From assembly GCA_963744995.1 (NCBI GenBank), contig CAVUWA010000003.1:96001-160000 (forward strand): a stretch of 64,000 bases of DNA, given 5' to 3'. The translations under genes were made by a program, and so were the position numbers. A model generated the notes under the pieces. The model did no database searches. It was not told where the DNA came from and saw nothing but the letters and a program-made list of their open reading frames with translations. Shown one piece after another: positions 44,801 to 57,943 of this stretch (the first letter of the stretch is position 1; each line of letters opens with the position of its first letter). Source of the DNA: Candidatus Eiseniibacteriota bacterium. GTDB taxonomy: Bacteria; Eisenbacteria; RBG-16-71-46.

Positions 44801-46170
44801 CAGTGGCCGACCGTCGCCTCGCCCACGCCGAGCCGGCGCAGCGGCTCCATGAACTTCGCCCGGATCTCCTCGAGGCGTTCGGGCGTGCGGGCTTCGAAAC
44901 GGACCACCAGCACCGGCTGCGTGTTGGACGCACGTACGAGTCCCCAGCCGTCGCCGAACTCGACGCGCACGCCGTCGATGTCGATGACGTCGTAGGTGCC
45001 GCTGAACTCCTTCTTCAGCGCCTCGACCACCACGAACTTGCGGTCCTCCGGGCAGGCCAGCCGCGTTTCCGGGGTGGCGTAGTAGTGCGGAATCGAGTCC
45101 ACGAGCTCGGCCATGCTGCGGCCACTCGCGGCGACGAAGCGCAGCAGCCGCCCCGCGGCGAACAGGGCGTCATCGAATCCGAAGTAGCCCTCGTTGAAGA
45201 ACATGTGGCCCGACATCTCCCCCGCGATCGGCGCGCCGGTCTCGTGCAGACGGCTCTTGATCAGCGAGTGGCCCGTCTTCCACATCATCGGACGGCCGCC
45301 GTGGGCACGGATGTCCTCCGGCAGGCCCTGCGAGCACTTCACGTCGAAGATGATCTCGGCGCCGGGGACGCGCGTCAGCACGTCGCGGGCGAGCAGCGCG
45401 AGCAGCTGGTCGCCGAACACGATGCGACCGCTGCCGTCCACCGCGCCGATGCGGTCGGCGTCGCCATCGAAGCCGATGCCCAGATCCGCGCCGCTCGAGC
45501 GCACCTTCGCGATCAGGTCCTTCAGCAGATCGGGCACAGTCGGGTCGGGCAGATGGTTCGGAAAGCGACCGTCGAGCTCGGCGAACAGCGGCGTGACGTC
45601 GTGCCCCATCTTCTGGAACGTCTCCGGCACGATCGTGCCCGCGCAGCCGTTGCCGCAGTCCATCACCACCTTGAGGCCCTTCGGGCTCGTCAGCTTCTCG
45701 ATCAACATGGCCCGGTATTCGTCCAGCACCGGCCGTTCGCTCCACGAGCCCTCGCCCTTTTCGAAGGCATCGGACTCGATCATGCGGCGCATCTCCTGGA
45801 TCTCGCGCCCGAACAGCGGCAGCTTCTGCTTCGTCATCTTGAAGCCGTTGAACTCGGGCGGGTTGTGGCTGCCGGTGATCTGCATGCCGCCATCCAGCCC
45901 GCGCGCAGCGACCGCGTAATAGAGCGCCGGGGTCGGCACCACGCCCACGCGCTCCACCACGAGCCCCGCCGCGATCATGCCGCGCGCTGCCGCCGCGGCG
46001 AGCCGCGCGCTGCTCGGCCGCACGTCCTCGCCCAGCGCCACGCGCCGACCGCCTTCACGGCGGATGACCGTTCCAAAGGCACGGCCGATGGCGGTCGCCA
46101 CCTCGTCGGTGAGTTCGGTCTCGTGGTAGCCGCGAATGTCGTATTCACGAAAGATGTGCACGGGGAGCAT
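44800..46170 (-). CDS. Phosphomannomutase/phosphoglucomutase (AlgC-like)
   Basis: FREYDIRG, TGSHNP, FDGDADR, GEMSGH, GLVRASNTQP. Confidence 0.95.
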   Translation of the reverse strand: MLPVHIFREYDIRGYHETELTDEVATAIGRAFGTVIRREGGRRVALGEDVRPSSARLAAAAARGMIAAGLVVERVGVVPTPALYYAVAARGLDGGMQITGSHNPPEFNGFKMTKQKLPLFGREIQEMRRMIESDAFEKGEGSWSERPVLDEYRAMLIEKLTSPKGLKVVMDCGNGCAGTIVPETFQKMGHDVTPLFAELDGRFPNHLPDPTVPDLLKDLIAKVRSSGADLGIGFDGDADRIGAVDGSGRIVFGDQLLALLARDVLTRVPGAEIIFDVKCSQGLPEDIRAHGGRPMMWKTGHSLIKSRLHETGAPIAGEMSGHMFFNEGYFGFDDALFAAGRLLRFVAASGRSMAELVDSIPHYYATPETRLACPEDRKFVVVEALKKEFSGTYDVIDIDGVRVEFGDGWGLVRASNTQPVLVVRFEARTPERLEEIRAKFMEPLRRLGVGEATVGH

Positions 46171-47277
46171 CAGGACCTCTCCTTGCTCTTCAGATAGGCG
46201 TCGATGAACACCTCGAGGTCGCCGTCGAGCACGGCCTGCGCGTCGCCGACTTTCACCTCGGTGCGGTGGTCGTTGACCATCGTGTACGGGTGGAGCACGT
46301 AGGAGCGGATCTGGCTGCCGAAGTCGATGTCCTTCTTGGCGCCGGCGAGCGCCTGCGTCTTCGCCCGCTCCAGCTCCTGATAGTGCAGGAACAGCCTCGC
46401 GCGCAGGATCCGCAGCGCGAAGTCGCGATTGCGGTGCTGACTGCGCTCGGCCTGCGACTGCGTGACGATCCCGGTGGGCAGGTGCGTGATGCGAACCGCC
46501 GATTCGGTCTTGTTGACGTGCTGCCCGCCCGCGCCGCTCGCGCGGAAGGTGTCCACCCGCAGGTCGCCCGGCGCGATGTCCACCGTGATCGTGTCGTCCA
46601 CCAGCGGGAACACGTACACCGAGGCGAACGAGGTGTGGCGCCGCTTCGCCGCGTCGTAGGGAGAGATCCGCACGAGCCGGTGCACCCCGCTCTCGGCTTT
46701 GAGATAGCCGTAGGCGAACTCGCCGTCGATCTCGATCGTCGCATCCTTGATGCCGGCTTCGTCACCGGGCTGGAGGTCGAGCGTCTTGGCTTCGTAGCCG
46801 TTGCGCTCGGCCCAGCGCAGGTACATGCGCAGCAGCATCTGCGCCCAGTCCTGCGACTCCGTGCCGCCGGCGCCGGGATGGATCGTCAGCATCGCGCCGA
46901 GGCGGTCGTGCTCGCCGGACAGCAGGCTGCGCAGTTCGAGATCCGCGACCTCCTTCTCGACCCGCTTCAGGTCCTTCTGCACCTCGGCCAGCATGCCTTC
47001 GTCGCTGTCGGCCTCCAGCAGTTCGACCATCTCCTCGAGGTGGCGCAGCCCGTCGTCGCGCCCGCCGAAATCGTCGAGCGTTCGCTTGGCGCGCTTCAGC
47101 TCCGCGACCACCTGCTTCGCGTCGTCGGGACGGTCCCAGAAACCCGGTTCGGCCAGGCGTGCCTCGAGCATCTCGACCTGTCGTGCGCAGCCCTCGACGT
47201 CAAAGGTACCTCCGCAGCCCGTCGAGCTGTTCCCGGGTGGATTCGAGTCGTTTGCGCAGATCGGCCGCCGTCAGCAT
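46170..47277 (-). CDS. prfB: Peptide chain release factor 2, with programmed +1 frameshift after codon 25
   Basis: ATG 47277 to ...CGG AGG TAC CTT TGA C (47205-47199); the +1 frame continues into the ORF with SPY (SPF-type) and GGQ motifs. Confidence 0.97.
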
Positions 47278-47290
47278 GGTCGTTCCCCGT

Positions 47291-47945
47291 TCATGATGGT
47301 GTGTGCGGCGAACGGCGCATCCGTGCCGATCGCAGCCGGGCCAGCGCCTCGTGCGCCGCCCGTTCGAGTTCCTCTCGCGTGCCCGTGTTGTGGATCACCG
47401 CGTCCGCCGCCGCCTCGAACGCCTCGTTCGCGCGCTGCGCCCGGAGTCGCGCCCGTGCCTCGCTCTCGTTCCAGCCGCGCGACGCGGACAGCCGCGCCAG
47501 CTGCAGCGCCTGCGGTGCCACGATCGCGAGCACCGCATCGCAGTCCCGATCGAGCCCCCAGTCCAGCATGAGCGCCGCGTCCACGACGACCGACGCCGGC
47601 GCGCCCGCCGCGCGGTACGCCGCCAGAGCCGCGCGGATCCGCCCGACGATGCGCGGATGCACGAGCGCGTTCAGCTCGGCCAGCGCGGCCGGATCCGCGA
47701 AGACCCGCGCCGCCACCCGGGCCCGGTCCAGCGTGCCGTCGGCGCCGTAGGCATCCGGCCCGTATGCGGCCGTCAGCGCCGCGCGCACTTCCGGATCGTG
47801 GTCGGTGATCTCGTGGCCGATGCGGTCGGCTTCGATCACCGCTGCGCCGGCGGCCACCAGCGCCCGTGCGACCGTCGACTTGCCGCTTCCCGCCCGTCCG
47901 ACCAGCCCGAGCACGAACACCCCGCCATCGCCGCCGGCCGCGCGT

Positions 47946-47953
<8 letters not shown>
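47291..47953 (-). CDS. coaE: Dephospho-CoA kinase
   Basis: GLVGRAGSGKSTV, ADRIGH, LDRA, LNALVHP, RLRAQ, ADAVIHN. Confidence 0.92.
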
Positions 47954-51101
<3,148 letters not shown>

Positions 51102-51127
51102 GTTCAGATCTCCGCGCGCCCCCGGCA

Positions 51128-51850
51128 TCAGATCCGGCGTGCGATCATCAGCTTGCTGACCGCGTCGTCGTGTCCGAAGCCCAGGGCGAGCAGCATGCGG
51201 TCGAGGGCGAGCAGCAGACCCGGCGCGCGGTTGAGGAACCGCCACGGCCCGAGCTCGCGATTGAGCAGCACGTGCGTCGGATTCACCGCGAAGATCTCCA
51301 GCCCCTCGGCCTCGATCAGCGCGCGGTAGCGTGCGAGCGGACGCATGCGATTGTGTGCCGCCGTGCGCGGGCGCTCGGCGAACGTGTCGGTCAACAGCAT
51401 CGTGCCCTTCGGGCCGGTCGCGCGAGCCAGGTGGCGTACCGCGGCCTCCCACTTCGCGTCATCGGTGATGTGATACAGCACGTCGAACGCATTCACGATG
51501 TCGTAGCGATCCTCGATCGCGACCTCGCTCACGTCGCCGAGCAGGAAGCGTGCGCCGGGATGACGCTCGCTCAGCCGCGCGACCGAGGTCGGCGCGATGT
51601 CGAGCCCGGTGACCCGGCCGCCACGCTCCAGGTAGTACGCGGTGAAGAAGCCGGTCCCGCAGCCGACGTCGAGGACGGTGCGGCCACGCGGATCCACGCC
51701 GGCCTCGGCGAGCGTTCGTTGCAGCACCGCATGGCGCAACGCGTAGCACGCGCGGTTGTAGGCGAGCGACAGGCCCGTCTCGCCCGTGCCACGGAGGTCG
51801 AACTGTTCGCTGAGCCGTTGATCCCAGAATTCCCGGGGCTGGTAATTCAT
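51128..51850 (-). CDS. Class I SAM-dependent methyltransferase
   Basis: VLDVGCGTG, GLDI, YDIVNAFDVLYHI; ATG overlaps the nadD stop. Confidence 0.88.
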   Translation of the reverse strand: MNYQPREFWDQRLSEQFDLRGTGETGLSLAYNRACYALRHAVLQRTLAEAGVDPRGRTVLDVGCGTGFFTAYYLERGGRVTGLDIAPTSVARLSERHPGARFLLGDVSEVAIEDRYDIVNAFDVLYHITDDAKWEAAVRHLARATGPKGTMLLTDTFAERPRTAAHNRMRPLARYRALIEAEGLEIFAVNPTHVLLNRELGPWRFLNRAPGLLLALDRMLLALGFGHDDAVSKLMIARRI

Positions 51851-52434
51851 CGCGTCCTCGCGTAGAGGCGGTGCGCGGTGATGTAGCGCGCGACGGCGTC
51901 CGGCACGAAGTATCGCACGCTTCGCCCGCTGCGTGCGCGGCGGCGCAGTGTGCTCGACGAGACGTCGAGCACCGGGTTGCCGAGCCGGACGATGCGCGCG
52001 CGCGGCACGAGGCCGCGCCGTGCGCGCGCTCCGGGCCGGCCGGCGACCACGAGCTTCGCGATGCGCAGGATTTCCTCCGGCGCGTGCCAGGTGTGGAACT
52101 CGCGCAGACTGTCCTCGCCGACCAGCAGGAACAGCGCCGCGCCGGGATGGCGGCGGGAGAGCGCGCGCAGGGTGTCCACCGTGTACGACGGGCCGCGGCG
52201 CCGCACCTCGATCGTCGACACGCCGAAGCCGGCATTGCCGCGCACCGCACGGCGCGTCATCGCGACGCGGTCGGCCGCCGCGCTGATGCGGCGGTGGCGT
52301 TTGTGCGGCGGCCGTGCGGCGGGCACGAACAGCACGCGATCGAGGCGCAGCTCGTCGCGCGCCCACTCGGCCAGCGCAAGGTGACCCACGTGCGGCGGGT
52401 CGAAGGTTCCGCCGAAGACACCGATGCGGCGCAT
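51847..52434 (-). CDS. nadD: Nicotinate-nucleotide adenylyltransferase
   Basis: GVFGGTFDPPHVGH, PPHK, SYTVDTL, LVGED, VSSSTLR. Confidence 0.95.
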   Translation of the reverse strand: MRRIGVFGGTFDPPHVGHLALAEWARDELRLDRVLFVPAARPPHKRHRRISAAADRVAMTRRAVRGNAGFGVSTIEVRRRGPSYTVDTLRALSRRHPGAALFLLVGEDSLREFHTWHAPEEILRIAKLVVAGRPGARARRGLVPRARIVRLGNPVLDVSSSTLRRRARSGRSVRYFVPDAVARYITAHRLYARTR

Positions 52435-52475
52435 GGATCGGTCGCCTCCCGCCGGGCGCGCCCGCGCGCTCCGGC

Positions 52476-53246
52476 TCAGTGCTCGAGGTCCCGGCGCGCC
52501 TCCGCGGCCCGCTTCGCCACGTCGGTTCCGGCGAAGCGCTCCTCGACGTCGCGATAGGCGGCGAGCGCCTGGTCGCGATGCCCTTCTAGGGCGTCGCAGC
52601 GCGCGAGGCCGAGAAGCCCCTCGCCCGCCTTGGGCGTGTCGCCGTATTCGTCGACCACCTTGCGGTAGTAGACCCGCGCCGGCTCGTACAGCTTGAGTTT
52701 CACGTACAGATCCGCGGTGTCGAGGGATTTCTCGGCGAGCCGGATCCGCGCCTGCATCACGCGCTCGCGCGCCTCTTCGTTGCGCCAGTGCCCCGGGTAG
52801 GCGCGCAGGTAGCCATCCCACTGCCGGATCGCGCGCACGGTGAACTCCTGATCGAAATCGACGGGCCGGGTCTGCCCGTACAGGGCGTCGCCGAGCCGGA
52901 ACGAGGCCGAGGCCGCCGAATCGCTCTCCGGGTAGTCGCGCACGAGCCGCTCGAACTCGACCGCGGCCGTCGCGTAGTCCTTCGTCTTCATGTAGCACTC
53001 GCCGAGCTGATAGATCGCGTCGTCGACGTCGGCGCTGCCCGCGCTCGTCGAGATGTAGGTCTTCAGCAGGTCGATCGCGACGACGCAGTGACCCTCGTCC
53101 GCCATCTTCTTCGCCACCGAGAGCCGCTCGGCCGGCGACGTGATCGGCGGGATCGTGGCCGCCCCGCAACCCGCGCCGAGCAGCGCGGCCAGCGTGAGAC
53201 ATGCCCCGAGGAGGGTGGCGGACGTCCTGTCGTGCGGGCGCGTCAC
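52476..53246 (-). CDS. bamD: Outer-membrane assembly lipoprotein BamD
   Basis: Lipobox GAGC; TPRs; FERLVRDYPES, DFDQEFTVRAI, RLAEK...LYVK...ARVYY. Confidence 0.85.
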   Translation of the reverse strand: MTRPHDRTSATLLGACLTLAALLGAGCGAATIPPITSPAERLSVAKKMADEGHCVVAIDLLKTYISTSAGSADVDDAIYQLGECYMKTKDYATAAVEFERLVRDYPESDSAASASFRLGDALYGQTRPVDFDQEFTVRAIRQWDGYLRAYPGHWRNEEARERVMQARIRLAEKSLDTADLYVKLKLYEPARVYYRKVVDEYGDTPKAGEGLLGLARCDALEGHRDQALAAYRDVEERFAGTDVAKRAAEARRDLEH

Positions 53247-53998
53247 GGGCGGTTCTGGAAGAACAGGGCGACCAGTCCGCCCACGATCGCGACGACGACG
53301 ATCGGCTCCAGCACCTTGCCGGCGTCACGGGTCGGCACGGGCGAGGTCAGATCGCTGTAGCGCTGGTCCTCGACGAACGCCAGCTTGTCGCGCGGGAACG
53401 CGTCGAGCAGGTTGTACGAAGGTGAACCGACCCACAGCACGACCGAATTGCGCGGGTCGCGGAGCGTGAGGCCGCCCTCGACCATCGCCTGCCGTTCGAT
53501 CTTGATCCGGCCCGAGAACGGCAGCCACCCGATCAGCCGCAGATAGGTCACCCGCGCCGTGGCGAGCTGGTATTCGAGCACCGGGTCGCCGGGATTGCCG
53601 GCGATCGCCATCAGGCTGTCATCCGGAATGATCGAGCGGCGCACGGTGGCGGTGACCCCGCGCTTCGACAGATCCCGCAGGATCGCGTGCTCGGCGATGA
53701 AGTTGAGCGGATGGCTCTCCGCCGGCGCGACGAGAACGCGCTGGCCCGAATCGAGGGGCGCCGACGCCATGGCGCGATCCATCGCCGTGGTGGCCACCAG
53801 TTCGACCATCTGGAGATTCGTGTACGGCACGCGCGGGCCGCGTTTGCGCACGATGGGTTCGATGTCGGGCGAGGTCACCGACAGGACGGTGTCCGCCTGG
53901 GGCTGCGGCCCGCTCGCGTATCGGAAATCCTTGGCCGCGGCCGGCACCGCCCAGAGCAGCAGCGCCGCAAGCGACCATGCCGCGGTGATGCGAATCAT
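53243..53998 (-). CDS. Hypothetical exported protein with C-terminal TM anchor
   Basis: Signal peptide ending AVPAAA; C-terminus LEPIVVVAIVGGLVALFFQNRP; overlaps both neighbours by 4 nt. Confidence 0.75.
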   Translation of the reverse strand: MIRITAAWSLAALLLWAVPAAAKDFRYASGPQPQADTVLSVTSPDIEPIVRKRGPRVPYTNLQMVELVATTAMDRAMASAPLDSGQRVLVAPAESHPLNFIAEHAILRDLSKRGVTATVRRSIIPDDSLMAIAGNPGDPVLEYQLATARVTYLRLIGWLPFSGRIKIERQAMVEGGLTLRDPRNSVVLWVGSPSYNLLDAFPRDKLAFVEDQRYSDLTSPVPTRDAGKVLEPIVVVAIVGGLVALFFQNRP

Positions 53999-55380
53999 GC
54001 GGTTCCTTTCCACCCGGTGAGCGCGACGTCGAAAGACGGCTCCACGCGCGCGAACAGGTCGTACGCCCCGGCTCCCGTGACGCGCACGTCGACGAGACGA
54101 CCGGGTTCGAGTTGCTCGGCTTCGACGACGACCCCGCCGTCCACTTCGAACGCGCTCCCTGCGGTGCGCCCCGCCCATTGCCCGCGTCCCGCGGGCCCGT
54201 CGATCATCACACGCATCGTGCGTCCGACCATCGCCGCCAGCCGTTCGCGCGAAAGACGCTGCTGCAGCGCGAGCAGCCGCGCCCTCCGGCTCCGGCGCGT
54301 CGCCACGTGCACGCGGGGCGTCATGCCGTGCGACGGCGTCTCCGGCTCGCGTTCGTAGGTGAAGACCACCACGTGATCGAACTTCTCCTCTTCGACGAAG
54401 CGGCTCAAGTGCTCGAAATGCGCTTCCGTCTCGCCCGGGAACCCGACGATGAAATTCGTCCGGAACGCGACGCCCGGGATTCCGGCGCGAATCCGCGCGA
54501 TCAGCGCCCGGGTGTCCTGTTCGGTCATCCCCCGCCCCATCGTGCGCAGCATGTCCTGGGCGATGTGCTGGAGCGGCATGTCCACGTAAGGCACGACGCG
54601 CTTCGCGCCGGCCCACACCTCGATCAGCCGATCGCTCCAGAGTCGCGGGTACGTGTATTGCACCCGGATCCAGTCCACCCCCTCGACCTGATCGAGCGCC
54701 TCGAGCAGGTCGGCGAGCGTGGGCCGTCCGGGCAGGTCGGTGCCGTAGCCCGTCGTGTCCTGGCCGATCAGATTCAGTTCGCGGACGCCCTCGGCCGCGA
54801 GCTGCTCCGCTTCGGCCACCAGATCCTCGATCGGACGGCTCTGCTGGTCGCCACGGAGACGGGGAATGATGCAGAAGGTGCACCGGTGATCGCAACCCTC
54901 CGAAATCTTGAGGTACGCGAGGTGCCGCGGGGTCGAGATCGCGCGCGGGGTGAGCGAGTCCAGCGCGCCGCCCGGAAAGTCGGTGCGCGCCCAGCGGCCC
55001 TCGCGGCCGTCGAGCACGTGGCGGGCGGCCCGCACGACCTCGCGCCACTGCCCCGTGCCGAGCACAACGTCCACCTCGGGGAACTCGGAGAGCAGGGATT
55101 CGCCGGCCCGCTGGGCGAGACAGCCGGTGACGATCAGTCCGCGCAGCCGCCCCTCTTTCCTGCAGGCTGCGATCCGCGCGATGGTGTCCTTCGACTCGCG
55201 CACCGCGCTGGTCAGGAAGGCGCAGGTGTTGACCACGGCCACGTCGGCGTCCTCGACGTCGGCGACCGTGCGGAAGCCGTCCTGCACCATCAGGCCGAGC
55301 ATGCGCTCGGAGTCCACGGTGTTCTTCGGGCAGCCGAGCGTGACGAACGCGAGACGCGGGGGCGCGGAGGCAGACTTCAC
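53995..55380 (-). CDS. rimO: Ribosomal protein S12 methylthiotransferase
   Basis: LGCPKNTVDSE, VNTCAF, GCLAQR, YLKISEGCDHRCTFCIIP, YVDMPLQH, TRAM domain with EVDG. Confidence 0.95.
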   Translation of the reverse strand: MKSASAPPRLAFVTLGCPKNTVDSERMLGLMVQDGFRTVADVEDADVAVVNTCAFLTSAVRESKDTIARIAACRKEGRLRGLIVTGCLAQRAGESLLSEFPEVDVVLGTGQWREVVRAARHVLDGREGRWARTDFPGGALDSLTPRAISTPRHLAYLKISEGCDHRCTFCIIPRLRGDQQSRPIEDLVAEAEQLAAEGVRELNLIGQDTTGYGTDLPGRPTLADLLEALDQVEGVDWIRVQYTYPRLWSDRLIEVWAGAKRVVPYVDMPLQHIAQDMLRTMGRGMTEQDTRALIARIRAGIPGVAFRTNFIVGFPGETEAHFEHLSRFVEEEKFDHVVVFTYEREPETPSHGMTPRVHVATRRSRRARLLALQQRLSRERLAAMVGRTMRVMIDGPAGRGQWAGRTAGSAFEVDGGVVVEAEQLEPGRLVDVRVTGAGAYDLFARVEPSFDVALTGWKGTA

Positions 55381-57689
55381 TAAAGCTCCCGGTCCTCGAG
55401 CCAGCGGTCGTCGACGAGCACGTCGCGCGCCTTGCTGCCCTGGAACGGGCCGACGACGCCGATCTGCTCGAGCTGATCCATCAGGCGGCCCGCGCGCGAG
55501 TAGCCGACTTTCAGCCGGCGCTGCAGCAGCGACGTCGAGCCCTGCTGGTGGGCGATGACCAGCTTCGCCGCTTCGTGGATGAGCGCGTCCTGGTCGTCGT
55601 CGAGTTCCTCGGTGTCCTCCTCGGCCTCGACCTGTTCGGGCGAGATCGCCAGCGGCGCCGTCTGGGTCTGGCCCGCGAGCGGCGCGGCCTTGGCGCGCCA
55701 GAAATCCACGACCCGGGTGGTCTCTTCCTCGGAGACGTAGGCGCCGTGCACGCGGATCGGCTCGGGTTTGCCGGCCGGCGTGAACAGCATGTCGCCGTGA
55801 CCGAGCAGGTTCTCGGCACCGTTCATGTCGAGCACCGTGCGCGAGTCGGTCTTGCTCGCCACCTGGAACGCGATGCGCGAGGGGAAATTCGCCTTGATCA
55901 CCCCGGTGATCACGTCCACCGAGGGCCGCTGGGTGGCGAGCAGCAGATGGATGCCGACCGCGCGCGCCATCTGGGCGAGCCGCGCGATCGGTTCCTCGAT
56001 CTCGGCGGGCGCCGTGAGCATGAGGTCGGCGAGCTCGTCCACCACCACCACGACGAAGGAGAGCCGGTCGGGCGGCGAGTCCGAGCCGGGCGCGGTGGGC
56101 GCCTGCCCGGACGCGACCTTCTCGTTGTACGAGGCGATGTTGCGTGCCCCGCAGGTCGCCATGAGCTTGTAGCGCTTCTCCATCTCGGAGACCGCCCAGC
56201 GCAGGGCACGGCTGGCTTTCTTGTGCTCGGTCACCACCGGCATGACCAGGTGCGGGATCCCGTTGTAGGCGGAGAGTTCGAGCATCTTGGGATCCACCAT
56301 GACCAGGCGCAGGGTGTCGGGGCCGTGCTGGAACAGCAGGCCGGTGATGACGCTGTTCAGGCACACGCTCTTGCCGGATCCGGTGGCGCCCGCCACCAGC
56401 ACGTGCGGCATCTTGGTGAGATCGGCGACGAACGGTTGCCCGACCACGTCGACCCCGAGCGGGATCTTGAGGGCGGCGTCGCTGTCCAGGTAGGCGTCGG
56501 AGACCAGCACCTCTCTCAGATACACCGTTCGGCGCCGCCGGTTCGGAATCTCGACGCCGACCACGCCCTTGCCGGGGATCGGCGCGAGGATCCGGATCCG
56601 CTGCGCGCGGAGCGCCAGCGCCAGATCGTCCTCGCGCGAGACGATCTGGTTCACCTTGATCCCGGCCGCCGGTTCGAATTCGAAGGTGGTGACCACGGGC
56701 CCCGGATGGATCTCGGTCACGCGTCCCTGCACGCCGAAATCGTTGAGCTTGCTCTCGAGCAGCCGCGCCTCATCCGTCAGGTCTTCGGCGGTCAGCAGGT
56801 CTTCCGGCTGAACCGGCATGCCGAGCAGCGTCGGCGGCGGCAGGTCTTCGTCGGGAACGGGCAGGTCCACCGCCGGGGGCTCGGGCGCCGCGGCCGGCTT
56901 GCGCGGTCTGGGCGGGCGTCGCGTCTCGCCCGGCAGCGTGAGCGACATCTGCTCGCGCTCCGCGCCGCGCACGCTGTTCGTGGTGCGGACCACGGGCGCC
57001 GGGTGCTCCGGCGGGTTCCCGGGCGCCACGGCAGCGCCGTTCAGCGCCGCCCGCGAAGGCTTCGGCGACTTCGCGGGCTTCGCGCGCACGGCCTTGTCTT
57101 TCGCGACGGGCTCGTTCCTGCCGATCTCGCCGAACGCCTGGCTCAGCGCGTTCCACACGTAGACCGCGGGGGCGATGATGAAGTTGCGAAAGAAGCCGCC
57201 GATCCAGTGGAAGCAGATCTCGCTCGCCGCGAGCACGGTGACGCCGAACAGGGCGCCCGCGATGATCCACGAGCCGACCCCGCCGAGCGAAGAGTGCAGC
57301 GCGAGCGCCGCCGCGAATCCCCAGCCGCCCGCCCAGCCCCAGCGGTCGAGTCCGGCCAGGCCGAACAGCGTGCAGATCTCGAACAGCAGCAGACCGCCCA
57401 TCACGGTCGAGATCACCAGCGGCTTCACCGGGCGCCGCGCGAGGTGGTTCCAGGCCCAGGCGCCGGCGAGCAGCGGCACGCCGAAGGACGCGAGGCGGCC
57501 GAGGCACCACACCAGCACGAACGCCAGCACCGCACCCACCGGGCCGCAGGCGTTGGGGGCCGACCAGGGTGGGGCGCCGGGCAACGGATGTTCGTAGGTC
57601 CCGACGCTGGCCAGGGAGAGGCCGGCGAGCGCCGCGAGCAGGACACCCAGGATCTGACGCTGTCGTTTCTCGGAGATGGAAGTGGCCAC
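55380..57689 (-). CDS. ftsK: DNA translocase FtsK/SpoIIIE
   Basis: N-terminal TMs; GPVVT; AGATGSGKS; VDELADLM; ATQRPS; gamma domain STSLLQRRLKVGYSRAGRLMD. Confidence 0.97.
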   Translation of the reverse strand: MATSISEKRQRQILGVLLAALAGLSLASVGTYEHPLPGAPPWSAPNACGPVGAVLAFVLVWCLGRLASFGVPLLAGAWAWNHLARRPVKPLVISTVMGGLLLFEICTLFGLAGLDRWGWAGGWGFAAALALHSSLGGVGSWIIAGALFGVTVLAASEICFHWIGGFFRNFIIAPAVYVWNALSQAFGEIGRNEPVAKDKAVRAKPAKSPKPSRAALNGAAVAPGNPPEHPAPVVRTTNSVRGAEREQMSLTLPGETRRPPRPRKPAAAPEPPAVDLPVPDEDLPPPTLLGMPVQPEDLLTAEDLTDEARLLESKLNDFGVQGRVTEIHPGPVVTTFEFEPAAGIKVNQIVSREDDLALALRAQRIRILAPIPGKGVVGVEIPNRRRRTVYLREVLVSDAYLDSDAALKIPLGVDVVGQPFVADLTKMPHVLVAGATGSGKSVCLNSVITGLLFQHGPDTLRLVMVDPKMLELSAYNGIPHLVMPVVTEHKKASRALRWAVSEMEKRYKLMATCGARNIASYNEKVASGQAPTAPGSDSPPDRLSFVVVVVDELADLMLTAPAEIEEPIARLAQMARAVGIHLLLATQRPSVDVITGVIKANFPSRIAFQVASKTDSRTVLDMNGAENLLGHGDMLFTPAGKPEPIRVHGAYVSEEETTRVVDFWRAKAAPLAGQTQTAPLAISPEQVEAEEDTEELDDDQDALIHEAAKLVIAHQQGSTSLLQRRLKVGYSRAGRLMDQLEQIGVVGPFQGSKARDVLVDDRWLEDREL

Positions 57690-57943
57690 GTCTTATGAGA
57701 TGGGGAGCATCCCTGCGGCTGGCCGGCCGTGCCGCCCCGGCGGCCCGGGCGCCCACGGCCGGGCGGGCCCGCCTGCAGGGTGTGCCGGCCCGCTCCCGCC
57801 TCCCTGGCGGATGACTGCGGCGCATTGTGCATCAGCCGGGCCCCGGGGGGCAACGGCCGGATCGGTCCGCCGCCCGGCGGCAGCGCCCGCGAAATTCGTG
57901 CCCCGGAGACCTCCGGCCCCCGGGGCACGTCGAATCGGCCTGC

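Noticed and set aside
46170..47277. prfB as a frameshifted pseudogene
   Set aside because: The break is the canonical CTT-TGA-C programmed frameshift.
53995..56364. N-terminally extended rimO (likewise the extended nadD, polA, bshA and FG-GAP ORFs in the track)
   Set aside because: The extensions are alternative-frame readings of upstream genes; coupled starts exist at the conserved N-termini.
56934..56951. QMSLTL in the FtsK linker as a beta-clamp motif
   Set aside because: Short match lacking the terminal aromatic residue, in a low-complexity linker; too weak to support.
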